A stretch of 64,000 nucleotides of DNA from Candidatus Latescibacterota bacterium (GTDB lineage Bacteria > Latescibacterota > UBA2968 > UBA8231): assembly GCA_965203355.1 (NCBI GenBank), contig OZ241889.1, positions 1,120,001 through 1,184,000 on the forward strand, written 5' to 3'. Position numbers and translations under genes: made by a program. The notes under the pieces were generated by a model that was not told the DNA's origin, did no database searches, and saw nothing but the letters and a program-made list of their open reading frames with translations. Position 1 is the stretch's first letter. Every line of letters starts with the position of its first letter. This document shows positions 29,301 to 38,213 of this stretch, piece after piece.

Positions 29301-30565
29301 CTATCGGCGGGCACCACATAGGTATCCAAAAAATCGTCATCCCCGAAAAAGTCGATCCCCAAGTCTTTTTCTACCAAGACGGTCCCCCCAGGTGCGAAGT
29401 CGGCGTCTCTAAAATGAAAACTGCCGTTAAGGTCAATCCCAACAATTCCATCGTCCTCACTCGGTGGGTTTGTTCCAATAGTCCCATCGCCGTCGAAGTC
29501 CACTCCGAGTGACACTTTATCCGCGTTTGTGCGCCTCTCAGGTAATGCGGCGTCGCCTGGGGCGAAGCTCCCACCATCGGCTTCAAAGGTACCATCAGGA
29601 CCATAGTCGATCCGGACTTGCTTACCCGCGCTATTCATCCGTTTTGATATTATCTTCACCGTCGCCCCCCCACTGGCCCCCAGCACGATCTTGCCCGCCT
29701 TATTACCCGGATCGACGGTGATCGTCGTCGTCGCTTCGATCTGCCCCTTCGGAATGGTCAGCTTCCCCAAGCCCCTAATCGAGAAATCCACATCGCGCGC
29801 CAACGTATCGCTGGTAGCCCCCTTGCCCTCAACAACAACCAGTTGAGTTTCAAAGTCGCGGCTCGTCCACTCGCTGTTAGCCCACGCCGCCGTCACTTTG
29901 ATCGGAGTCGCACCCGCCTGCTTGCTGAGCTTGGAAGGCGAAAAAGACAGGTTGATCTGGGGGACGAACTGATCGTCGTCAAGCAGCTCAATATAGAAGA
30001 CGCCAGTAACATTACCAGTCTCAGTATAGGCCGGGGTGGTTTGGCCTTTGAGGGCAATGTTGCCAGTAGAACCCCCTACATCAATAACGATAGGAATATT
30101 AAGCGTCTTGAGAACCGCCGCTGTATCGACCGTACCCGTTATGGCCACGATAGCAACATCATCAATATCCTTTGAAACGGTGCCGCTACTCGGCGTGCTC
30201 GGTGTGCTCGGCGCGATAGGGCCGCTCCAAGCATTGTCTTTCGGGGTTATGGTGATAGTCCCGGTGGCCTTGCGCTCATCCTTCTTAATCACCAAAGAGG
30301 GGAAGGATATGGTGAATAAATCGTTGAGATAGCGGGCGGTGACACCAACGAGACTCAGCGGAAGATAAAGATCGACCTCCGCCTTCGCGTCCGCGTCGCG
30401 TAATTCGGCTGTTATCGTAATATCTTGCGCTCCCCCATCCTCGCGGACGGAACGCCGGTCCAAGGATATGTCGATGTCCTCGGTCTGAGCCGGGGCTTCC
30501 CCCGCCAACATTAAACTGGCAATAAGCAAACAAGGAAAGGTAAAAAGCCGCGTGTGCTTAATCAT
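26261..30565 (-). CDS. Large surface protein: signal peptide, Calx-beta-like repeats, DxDGDG-rich insert, two putative Ig domains, cohesin-like domain, FlgD/T9SS-type CTD
   Basis: aaggag RBS before MIKHTRLF, repeated RDVDY, GLSFDAATRTLSGTP and NYPNPFNP...KMLLLK. Confidence 0.88.
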   Translation of the reverse strand: MIKHTRLFTFPCLLIASLMLAGEAPAQTEDIDISLDRRSVREDGGAQDITITAELRDADAKAEVDLYLPLSLVGVTARYLNDLFTISFPSLVIKKDERKATGTITITPKDNAWSGPIAPSTPSTPSSGTVSKDIDDVAIVAITGTVDTAAVLKTLNIPIVIDVGGSTGNIALKGQTTPAYTETGNVTGVFYIELLDDDQFVPQINLSFSPSKLSKQAGATPIKVTAAWANSEWTSRDFETQLVVVEGKGATSDTLARDVDFSIRGLGKLTIPKGQIEATTTITVDPGNKAGKIVLGASGGATVKIISKRMNSAGKQVRIDYGPDGTFEADGGSFAPGDAALPERRTNADKVSLGVDFDGDGTIGTNPPSEDDGIVGIDLNGSFHFRDADFAPGGTVLVEKDLGIDFFGDDDFLDTYVVPADSVLTDIGPYLFHKTDTQRPWANRKALFLGIDFNGDGDFSDALTTLKYADSFVSAAIKFSPATITVEDVAVAQIKNFTLSPATIREAAGATDVAMTVELEKALTGAKAVDFQITPGSSGTRDVNYEVEVIEGLTIPAGDTKGTAMLRVTPVDNSGVNNPWTFTVQAKVGDDASQMKDAPFEITDDETLSDDITLSVNPSEIKEDAGATTVTVTGTLNGKVLDANATITLVVDRTPDKSATRDVDYTAALSSLTIPRGAITGSTTITITPVNDGTADNDETITIKQLTDNLKNQDEDKITVSTAKITLKDAAKMDDSGSSDTPAATGGPSFGAAALAFEATVGQAFSEVLPAATGGQGTLRYRVSSSLPMGLSFDAATRTLSGTPTLAGMASVVYMAFDDADNARAKTITITISEAAPVTVGVASVMASQSAVRENGETTEIRVTATLSGAAPATETVRFTIVPPASGAMATRDVDYTAALAGTITIAAGEKAGWTTLFLSPIDNASADGHKFLGIRAAASGGWGQVDLRISDDETPSTSLVLSVTPSALSESAELTEVMVMAALDGKPLAEDATATVAIDEAASSALRDTDYSALFDPTITIAAGSIMGSTRLLVDPTADSMAEGDETIILNAMLPGLTAGSATLVLTDMDSGMMDGDMDGDEDTTSSLAFVEGTSVAAHTYTEGTAITPLVLPMAMGDEGSITYSVSGLPAGLSFDAATRTISGTPDAATDGAVEVTYTATAGAESVSLRFTITINAMLDFVDLDSLFGRFNSGAGKPVALQAGLNADARLYLDAPTALPSVGEDFVVNVRLADFVAVKGYGLQIAYDADQLTFVEAQTDQPLGGSAFATPQVLAEAGVLTVATHGDVVADGELMLRLVFRPTTEIEHTTLEITDNRTWDQALGFNRLALPAPVSVQTRPAVFSLATNYPNPFNPQTTIQYALPQAADVALTVYNVLGQPVRTLVAEHQSAGRYAVEWDATNDSGQSVSSGMYFYRLQAGGDFLAVQKMLLLK

Positions 30566-30757
30566 GATACTCACTCCTTTAGAAAAGGGAAAAGTGACAG
30601 AAGAAAATGGACTTAGTCTTATCACTAAGCCGTTGCGTTCTTGCGTTTTTGCTACCGTTAAAAAAGACGAATGCCGCGCGGCGAGAGCTAGGGCTACGAC
30701 GTTGCCCGCCGATAATCGCGAAGCTGCCGAGAAGAGGTTGCGTTTGTGATGTGGATG

Positions 30758-30810
30758 GGTGGCCACTGACCACTGACCACTGACCACTGACCACTGGCCG
30801 GTGGCCGGTG
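30758..30810. repeat. Heptamer tandem repeat (CCACTGA)n
   Basis: Same family as 5654-5790, reverse orientation. Confidence 0.85.
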
Positions 30811-30923
30811 GGGCTTCCCGACGCGGCCGAGCAGAGCAATGCCGCTTCCCGCTTCCGTAGCGGAAGGGGAGTGAGGCGAATAGATTGGCGAGTGAAGCTA
30901 GGGCTTAATGCCCAAGAAAATTC

Positions 30924-30936
30924 GGGGGGGGGGGGG
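30924..30936. repeat. Poly-G tract (13 G)
   Basis: Counted directly in the sequence. Confidence 0.85.
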
Positions 30937-31305
30937 TAAGTCATTGTTTTTTAACGACTTGCGTAAATTAAGATTCGGCGTTGTCGCAAGCATAGAACAA
31001 GGCACCGCGCCCGGCGATGGTGTTCTTCGTGATATTGACGCTGTGCCCATGTCCTGTTAATCCGACTAAAAGTGCCGCAAACGGCGGAGGTTCTATAACC
31101 CAAACGCGCCGCGCCGCTCTGTGAATTGCAACGCATATTTTATGAATTTCAGTAAAGGCGTGTCAAGCGCGGACTTTTTTCGCAGCATCATAAAAATGTA
31201 TTTTCGCCCCAATTTAGCCGATGAACCGCAACGCAAACACCGTCCGCACCCCCGGTTCCGAGCATGACACTGTCGCCTGACCACTGATCACTGCCCGCTG
31301 TCGCT

Positions 31306-31815
31306 TTACTTTTTTCGCTCCTTGTAGCGGCGGCCTCGGTCTGCTAGGCGGCGCTCGCGCACTAATTCCATTACCGGAACGCCGTAGCCGCAGCTAGTAC
31401 CGGTCAGCTCGACTTCGACTTCGATTACCTGGCGTTTGGTGCGCAGGTGTTGGGCTTCCGTTTGCAGGAGCAAGGCGGCGTGGGGCGATTCTGCGAGCGG
31501 GGTGACTGTGGCTTTGCCGTAGAGGCGGATGATGCCGGCGTCTTTTCCTGCAAAAGAGCAGACCATGACGGTGATTGGACCGCCAGCCGTCGCATGACGC
31601 GCTGTTTCGTTGCCGCTGCCCAAGTAGTCGAGGAAGGCCACGCGGTTGGGATCAAGCACGTGCAGCGGTACGCCGCCCTTGGGCGAGAGGTTCACCGCAC
31701 CAATGCCCGCGGGGCCGGGCGCGAGCGCGGGGTCGGCAGAAGCGACAAAGAACAACGGCGCGTTGTGGATCAGCGCGGCTTGGGCGTCGGTGATGAAGGG
31801 ATAATAGGTGGCCAT
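31306..31815 (-). CDS. Pyridoxamine 5'-phosphate oxidase-related FMN-binding protein
   Basis: FFVASA, NLSPKG, GSGNET and SCGYGVP motifs. Confidence 0.85.
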   Translation of the reverse strand: MATYYPFITDAQAALIHNAPLFFVASADPALAPGPAGIGAVNLSPKGGVPLHVLDPNRVAFLDYLGSGNETARHATAGGPITVMVCSFAGKDAGIIRLYGKATVTPLAESPHAALLLQTEAQHLRTKRQVIEVEVELTGTSCGYGVPVMELVRERRLADRGRRYKERKK

Positions 31816-32018
31816 AGGTCTTTTCCTGGTTGGAAGCTAGGGGCGTGTCACGCGCTGGCCGTGTTGAATGACTTGGCCGTGTTCTGTTTGATCGCCCAAC
31901 CGGGGAAGACCAAATGGCGCGTTTAATCCCAAGCGGTACGCGGTTATTTTCGCTAACTATGCCAGTCGGTAATCGGCCTACAACCTGCACGAGAATTTCG
32001 CTGGCTTCGATAGGACCG

Positions 32019-33785
32019 CTAGGCGAGTTGCAACTGATGCAGACGGGCGTAGATGCCGCCTTGGGCCAACAGCTCTTCGTGGCGGCCTTCTTCGCGCAAC
32101 TGGCCCCGGTGCAACACTAAAATTTTGTCGGCGCTGCGGATGGTGGAGAGGCGGTGGGCAATGACGATGGAAGTGCGGTCGCGCATCAGTTTTTCCACGG
32201 CCTCTTGGATCCAGCCTTCGGTCTCGGTGTCGATGTGGGCGGTGGCTTCGTCCAACACCAAAATATCCGGGTCGGCGGCTAGGGCGCGGGCCAGGGACAA
32301 AAGCTGACGCTGACCGGCCGACAGGGATGCGCCGCGCTCTTGCACGTCGTGCTGGTAGGTGCTGGGCAGGCGGTCGATGAAGCGGTCGGCGTTGACATAG
32401 CGGGCCGCTTGGGCGACGGCTGCGTTCGATAGCTCGGGCGCACCGAAACGGATGTTACTGGCAATGTCGCCGGCAAAGAGAAAGACGTCCTGCTGCACCA
32501 GACCGAAGCGCCGCCGCAGTGCTTCCACATTCCACGTGCGGATGTCGATCCCATCGACTAGGATCTGCCCTCGTTGAATTTCGTAAAAGCGGCACAGCAA
32601 GCTGACGATGGTAGTTTTGCCCGAGCCGGTGGCTCCAACTAGCGCGAGGCTCTGGCCCGGCTCGACGCAGAAGGAAACGTCGCGCAGGACCCATTCTTCA
32701 TCTTCATAAGCAAACCACACGTGGCGGAACTCAATGGCCCCGGCGATGCGGCCTTGGCGCACGGACCCGCCGATAGGCTCTGGCTCGGCGTCCATCAGTT
32801 CAAAGATGCGCTCGGCGGAAGCCATAGCCACCTGCACGGTGGCGTATTCCTCGGCGAGGTTGCGGATGGGCATGAAGAAGCGGGGCACGTATTGCAGCAT
32901 GGCCACCAAAACGCCCCAAGCGATTTCCTCGCGCAGCACTTGGCCGACGCCGTACCACAGCACCAGCGCCATCAGGGCCGCACCGCACAATTCCATGAAG
33001 GGAAAGTAAGCCGAGTGGTACAGGGTGCGGACTAAGCGGGCGTCGAGGTATTCGTCGGTGCCCTCGTTAAAGCGGCGGGTGCTGCGCGGCTCGCAGTTGA
33101 ACAGTTTTACTACTTCTATACCCGACAAGGTTTCTTGCAAATCGGCACTGAAGCGGGCAAAGTAGGTACGGGCTTGGCGGAAGGCTTGGTAGGTGCGGTT
33201 TTGCAGCCACAGGGTGGCGGCGAAAGCCACCGGCAAAAAGGCGCAAGTGAGCAGGCCCAATTCGACGTCGAGGTAGTAGAAGATGTAAAACAGAATGGAG
33301 GCGATGGTGACCGCTTCGGTTACTAGGGAGACCGCGCCGTAGGTGAAGAATTCGTTGAGCGCATCGACATCGCTGGTGTTGCGCGCCATCAGCCGACCGA
33401 TGGGCGTGCGGTCGAAGAACTTGAGCGGCAGGCACTGTAGGCGGGTGAAAATGTCGAGCCGCACGTCGCGCATGGTCCATTGGCCGACCATGCTGGTGAT
33501 CCAGCCCTGGGCATAGCCAATGGCAAATTGAGCGACCAGCAGTGCGGCGAAGAAAAGGACGAGGGTGCCTAGGCCGTCTAGATCGCCGGGCACGATGTGC
33601 TCGTCGACAGCTATTTTGGTCAGCACGGGACCGGCTTGGCGGGCCAGCGAAGCCGCGAGGATGAGCAACAACGTCGAGGCCGCCCAAGGCCAATAGGGCC
33701 GCAAGAAACCCAACAGCCTGGCCATTAGGCCGAGGTCAATGGATTTTTTGTCGATTTCCTGCTCGTCGCGGACGGTCGGTGGCAT
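32019..33785 (-). CDS. ABC exporter (TMD + NBD), MdlB-like half
   Basis: GATGSGKT, LSAGQRQ and LVLDEAT motifs. Start set at MPPTVRD. Confidence 0.9.
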   Translation of the reverse strand: MPPTVRDEQEIDKKSIDLGLMARLLGFLRPYWPWAASTLLLILAASLARQAGPVLTKIAVDEHIVPGDLDGLGTLVLFFAALLVAQFAIGYAQGWITSMVGQWTMRDVRLDIFTRLQCLPLKFFDRTPIGRLMARNTSDVDALNEFFTYGAVSLVTEAVTIASILFYIFYYLDVELGLLTCAFLPVAFAATLWLQNRTYQAFRQARTYFARFSADLQETLSGIEVVKLFNCEPRSTRRFNEGTDEYLDARLVRTLYHSAYFPFMELCGAALMALVLWYGVGQVLREEIAWGVLVAMLQYVPRFFMPIRNLAEEYATVQVAMASAERIFELMDAEPEPIGGSVRQGRIAGAIEFRHVWFAYEDEEWVLRDVSFCVEPGQSLALVGATGSGKTTIVSLLCRFYEIQRGQILVDGIDIRTWNVEALRRRFGLVQQDVFLFAGDIASNIRFGAPELSNAAVAQAARYVNADRFIDRLPSTYQHDVQERGASLSAGQRQLLSLARALAADPDILVLDEATAHIDTETEGWIQEAVEKLMRDRTSIVIAHRLSTIRSADKILVLHRGQLREEGRHEELLAQGGIYARLHQLQLA

Positions 33786-33787
33786 TA
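33729..33787. repeat. 59-bp direct repeat, left copy
   Basis: gccgaggtcaatggattttttgtcgatttcctgctcgtcgcggacggtcggtggcatta, identical to 38155-38213. Confidence 0.95.
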
Positions 33788-33799
33788 TATGCGTCCTTG

Positions 33800-36391
33800 T
33801 CAACCCCTTCTCAAATACTTCGGCAGCTTGGTCTTCCATTCACTCATCAGGATCAGAGTGCCTTGCACCGTCTCGCCGTTGCTTTGGATAAGCTCCAGCT
33901 CGCCGGCTGGGGTAAAATCGCTCCAACCGAAGTTGTCGGACAGGAAGGATAGGACTTCACGCTTATAGGCCGTGTCGAGATGGTCGAGATGGTCGCCTTT
34001 GGTCTCAAGGACGGTGACTCCTTTACCTCGAACGGCGAAGATGAAGTCGGGATAGATTTTGGCTTTCTTCCAAGCCTGAATGCCGTACTGAGTACGCGCA
34101 ACGTTGCGATGCCACCATGAGAGTGCGTCTTCACTGTCTAGGTAGATCGCAACATCGCGCTCGTCTCGGTTAAACTCGTTTTCGTACATCGGTGCGAAGA
34201 GGCTCTTTTCCAACGGCCCACCCGTCGTGCTCACAAGCTGACGGGCATTCTCGGGCTCCATCGTCTCCGTTATAAACGGCATGCGCCAATTGCGACCGTC
34301 AAGACGCAGTCGGAACTGAATCCGGCCCCCCTTCACCTCCGCCTTGAATAAGGCTTCGGATCGCACGGTGCGCTCGGTATCCAAGCCCTGGCGCAGTTCC
34401 TCGACGATCAGACTGGCAAGCCCACCAAGTTTGGCCTCATCGAAGCCGCGCACTTTCAGGGCAGACAAGAGCTTGCCAACGATTTCCCGCCCGACGAATG
34501 GATTGGGCACAATATCCGATATCATCCTAACGACATACGCTGGGTCAAGGGCGAGAGTCTCGGCATTTTCACCAACCGTCTCACCGACGAACAATTCGTC
34601 CCCGTCATCGCTGAGTTTGATACGCTGAAGTTGGCTCTCGGCAGCTTGGGCATTGTCGGGAATACGAGTCGAGATGTCCTTCGGGTCGTAGCCACGCCAG
34701 TCAATGCACGACAACACATCAGTTTCATAGTCTAGATCGCGTGCCTCGGCTCCGTCCACAATCATGACCTTGGGCAGATAGATTTCCGTTGAAGCAAAAG
34801 CCGGTCGCCGATCGATTTTCCTTGCCACCCGCCCGCCTCCTGACGTGTCGTCTTGGGAGACCTGTAAGACCAGATCGCCGAGACCATCTTTCTCAAGACC
34901 ATTCTTGATAGCCTCCACGACTTTCGCAGTATTAGTGCGATGGGTTATGACGTGGCATTCGTCCAGTGCCGGCACCTCGGTCTTGATCGCACCCGGCTGA
35001 CGGAGAATTCGCCCTACGAGCTGGGTCATAGCCTTCAGGTTGGAATTGGCGGCTAAGGCACAAAGTAGATAGGCGAAGGGGCAGTCCCAGCCTTCTTGAA
35101 GCGCCTGCTTGGTGATGATGAAGCGGACGCGGTTCGTTGGCGACAGAAGATTCTGGTTTTCTGGCTGGTTCAGGTCGTTCTGTTCAGCCGTCTTGATTGC
35201 GATTTCCGCCTCGTCAAAGCCCGCCGTTAGAAGCCAGTCCTTTACGTCCTCTGCATGGATCTGCCCGCTTTTGCGTTGATCCGTGCCAGTGCGCTCTACC
35301 TGTATCAGCATGATGGGCCGAATGTAGTACCCCGTGTCGGCCTGGAGCTTCCGAGCCTCATTGCCGAGATCGCAGAGCTTGGCGACAGCGGCGTTCAAGG
35401 TCGCCTTCCAGTCATTGCCTTGCCGGGGATCGAGATTGAGAGGCATCTTGATCATGCCCTCACGGTCCAGATCGCGCCCCGTCACTTCAACCAGAACATT
35501 CGCATATCGACCTGCATGGGGGTTCCTGCCGCCACGAGGCTGTACGTCTTGGGGCGTCGCCGTGAGTTCCAGCACGAAGCACGGGTTGAAATCGTAGAGC
35601 GTCCGAAACGCCAAATCGGTAATAGCCCGGTGTCCCTCGTCGAGCACCACGACGGGGCGTATGATTCGCAGGGCGTTCCCGAGCGAATCCTTTACCATCG
35701 GGAATATGTCGTTATAGCCATCTAGGTTGGGTGTCTGATCAAGTGCCACCTTGTGGGCGTACTGTTCCCCCTCGGGGGGGAAGAAGCCATACACATCGCC
35801 GCGATCCTGAAACATTTTCAGCGAGTCCCGGTTCTGTCGGTTCGAAGATTGCAGCATCAAAAGCATGACGCAGAGATTGGTTTCCACATCGCGGGCATTG
35901 AGGGGGTCGGTCTTCTCCATAATCCGCACCCGGCCGGCGGCGGCGCGATCAAGTGCCTGCCGGTAGGGGTGTTGGCGGTCCTTCAAATGCTTCAGCGTCT
36001 GGGTATAGATCGCTTCGTTGGGGACGATCCAGAGCACAAAGCCCGTGTTGCGGTTGAGATAGCGGCCCATAATCCGCGAAACGGCAGAGATCGCGAGATA
36101 GGTCTTGCCACCGCCCGTCGGGACCTTCAGGACGGCGTTTGGTACAGGCCGATTGCATCCGTCCATGCGGGGCGAGAAAGGAATCGCTGCACGGGAGGCC
36201 GGGAGTTTGTCGTTTACTTTCAGGGCTTCCCATGCCTCCTTGGCGAAATCCGGGATCGGGAGGTCGAGATCGGGTCTTTCTATGGTAAGTGCGGCGATCT
36301 GGTCGGAGCGGCTCTTTTCTTTTTTTAGAAGATCGAGATGAACGTCAATGGCCGTAAGGACGCGGTCTTGGTAGTCGAGTTGGCGGAACAT
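33800..36391 (-). CDS. Type III restriction enzyme Res subunit-like (SF2 helicase + PD-(D/E)xK nuclease)
   Basis: VPTGGGKT, LDEGH, EGWD, QLVGRILR and YPDF...LETKG motifs. Confidence 0.85.
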   Translation of the reverse strand: MFRQLDYQDRVLTAIDVHLDLLKKEKSRSDQIAALTIERPDLDLPIPDFAKEAWEALKVNDKLPASRAAIPFSPRMDGCNRPVPNAVLKVPTGGGKTYLAISAVSRIMGRYLNRNTGFVLWIVPNEAIYTQTLKHLKDRQHPYRQALDRAAAGRVRIMEKTDPLNARDVETNLCVMLLMLQSSNRQNRDSLKMFQDRGDVYGFFPPEGEQYAHKVALDQTPNLDGYNDIFPMVKDSLGNALRIIRPVVVLDEGHRAITDLAFRTLYDFNPCFVLELTATPQDVQPRGGRNPHAGRYANVLVEVTGRDLDREGMIKMPLNLDPRQGNDWKATLNAAVAKLCDLGNEARKLQADTGYYIRPIMLIQVERTGTDQRKSGQIHAEDVKDWLLTAGFDEAEIAIKTAEQNDLNQPENQNLLSPTNRVRFIITKQALQEGWDCPFAYLLCALAANSNLKAMTQLVGRILRQPGAIKTEVPALDECHVITHRTNTAKVVEAIKNGLEKDGLGDLVLQVSQDDTSGGGRVARKIDRRPAFASTEIYLPKVMIVDGAEARDLDYETDVLSCIDWRGYDPKDISTRIPDNAQAAESQLQRIKLSDDGDELFVGETVGENAETLALDPAYVVRMISDIVPNPFVGREIVGKLLSALKVRGFDEAKLGGLASLIVEELRQGLDTERTVRSEALFKAEVKGGRIQFRLRLDGRNWRMPFITETMEPENARQLVSTTGGPLEKSLFAPMYENEFNRDERDVAIYLDSEDALSWWHRNVARTQYGIQAWKKAKIYPDFIFAVRGKGVTVLETKGDHLDHLDTAYKREVLSFLSDNFGWSDFTPAGELELIQSNGETVQGTLILMSEWKTKLPKYLRRG

Positions 36392-36395
36392 GTCA

Positions 36396-38009
36396 TCAAC
36401 TCTGGTCTATGCGATAGAGTGCGTAGGGCAGGGGCACAAACTCCACGGGGATGTTCTGCTCGGTCAGCATCTTTTGGCTCACGAAGCGGGTAGAGGCAAA
36501 GACTAGGTGGCGTTTGTCCGGGACCGTCTCCGCAAATTCCTTGGCACGTGTGAGTGTCAGCGCGGAGTCAGGTGACTTCAGCCAGTCGAGATCGGGTTTG
36601 TAGATCAGCCAGACATGCTGGTCCTCGGTCGCGCCGAGATAGAAGTCCGCCTCGCGCACGGTCGCGGGAGTGAGGGCACTGTTGGTCGCCATGTGGAAAA
36701 GTGGTGCAGCAATTCCCAAATAGGAAGGCAGTGTTTCGCCGTTCAGTACCTTGTCTAGTTCGACCGGTGTACCTAGGGTGTAATAGGTGAAGGTGCCGCC
36801 CAGCCCTTCCCGCAAAGACTGAGCCGACGGAACGCCCTTGATGACGTGGCGCACTCGCTCGGCGGTAGTTGTGTCGGCGTATTTCTCACACTCCACCAAG
36901 ATAAACCTGCGATTGCCGCCATCCTCTTTATTGAGTGCCAAGACGGCGTGGGCGGTGGTGCCGCTGCCGGCAAAAGAGTCGAGAACGATAGCGTCTTTTC
37001 TACGCAATATTGCCAGCAAAAACTTCACTAGCTTTGTCGGTTTGGGTTGCGGAAACACTCCCCCCCTGCCGAATAGATCTTGAAGCTCTCGTGTGCCGTC
37101 CTTGTTAAACCCTACCTCTTCTGGCGAAAGAATCGCGTCAGGCGGTTGCCCTTCTTGGACTTCGTTCAGATACCGCTTTGCTTTGGGTTCTCTGCCGGAG
37201 AATACAATGCGATTCCCCTGTTCCATTTCTCGCAGTTTGCATTTCGAGTATCTGGGGTAGCTTCCAGTGGGAGGCTGCCAAATGGTACCATTTGCGAAGG
37301 TGAATATGTAAGGTTCGTAATAGTTTCTTGCATGGATAGGATCAAGCTTGTACTTACCGCGCCCATCATTGTCATCATGCGGATACTTGCTTGCCTTGTC
37401 GGTAATGTGTCGAATGTAACGGGCCTTTTGTGAACTAAACCATGTCTTATCCTTTGCATACGCGAGAACATAGTCAGCGTTGAGGTTAAAGTCCTTGCTG
37501 GAATTGCGGACGGTGTGCATTGCTCTTCTCGTGAGAACAGTAAAAAAATTGATGTCTCCGAAAATTTCATCCATCATCATCCGTAGATGGTGCTGTTCGT
37601 TATCGTCAATAGATACGAAAATCACGCCGTTATCGGCCAGTAATTCCCGCAGTAATCGCAGACGGGGCCACATCATTGCACACCACTTGTCGTGGCGCAG
37701 ACCGTCCTCAATCCCTACCGGGTTCGAATCGAGCCACTCCTTGATCATCGGAGAATTTACGTTGTCGTTATAGCACCAGCTTTCGTTACCGGTGTTGTAA
37801 GGCGGATCGATGTAGATGCAGTCCACCTTGCCCGCGTAGAGCGGCAGAAGTGCCTTGAGGGCGTGTAGGTTGTCGCCGTGAATGATCAGGTTGCCGTCAA
37901 GCGCGACCGGGCCAATGCCCTTGGTCTCGTCCGGGACGAGTGGACGGAAGGGTACGGCGAGGTGATGGTTGTAGACAAATTCCTTGCCTTTGAAATTCAG
38001 ATCGGTCAT
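36396..38009 (-). CDS. Type III R-M Mod subunit (adenine DNA methyltransferase)
   Basis: GDNL, IYIDPPY, FVSIDDNE and DSFAGSGTT motifs. Lower-GC central target-recognition region. Confidence 0.9.
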   Translation of the reverse strand: MTDLNFKGKEFVYNHHLAVPFRPLVPDETKGIGPVALDGNLIIHGDNLHALKALLPLYAGKVDCIYIDPPYNTGNESWCYNDNVNSPMIKEWLDSNPVGIEDGLRHDKWCAMMWPRLRLLRELLADNGVIFVSIDDNEQHHLRMMMDEIFGDINFFTVLTRRAMHTVRNSSKDFNLNADYVLAYAKDKTWFSSQKARYIRHITDKASKYPHDDNDGRGKYKLDPIHARNYYEPYIFTFANGTIWQPPTGSYPRYSKCKLREMEQGNRIVFSGREPKAKRYLNEVQEGQPPDAILSPEEVGFNKDGTRELQDLFGRGGVFPQPKPTKLVKFLLAILRRKDAIVLDSFAGSGTTAHAVLALNKEDGGNRRFILVECEKYADTTTAERVRHVIKGVPSAQSLREGLGGTFTYYTLGTPVELDKVLNGETLPSYLGIAAPLFHMATNSALTPATVREADFYLGATEDQHVWLIYKPDLDWLKSPDSALTLTRAKEFAETVPDKRHLVFASTRFVSQKMLTEQNIPVEFVPLPYALYRIDQS

Positions 38010-38154
38010 CTCGTCTCCTCGCCTTGTTCTTTGTTTGCCCGAGCGTCATTTCGCCCTTTGCTGGCATCTATTTCAAAGTCGCGATTATCATCGGCGGGAA
38101 CCGACGGTGCGCTATTCCTAGCATATACGCAGGCTGCCAAACCTCGTCAAGTAA

Positions 38155-38213
38155 GCCGAGGTCAATGGATTTTTTGTCGATTTCCTGCTCGTCGCGGACG
38201 GTCGGTGGCATTA
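38155..38213. repeat. 59-bp direct repeat, right copy
   Basis: Identical to 33729-33787. It contains the TAATG stop/start overlap on the minus strand. Confidence 0.95.

Noticed and set aside
36396-38009. Phase-variable mod gene (phasevarion)
   Set aside because: No simple sequence repeat tract of meaningful length in the ORF.
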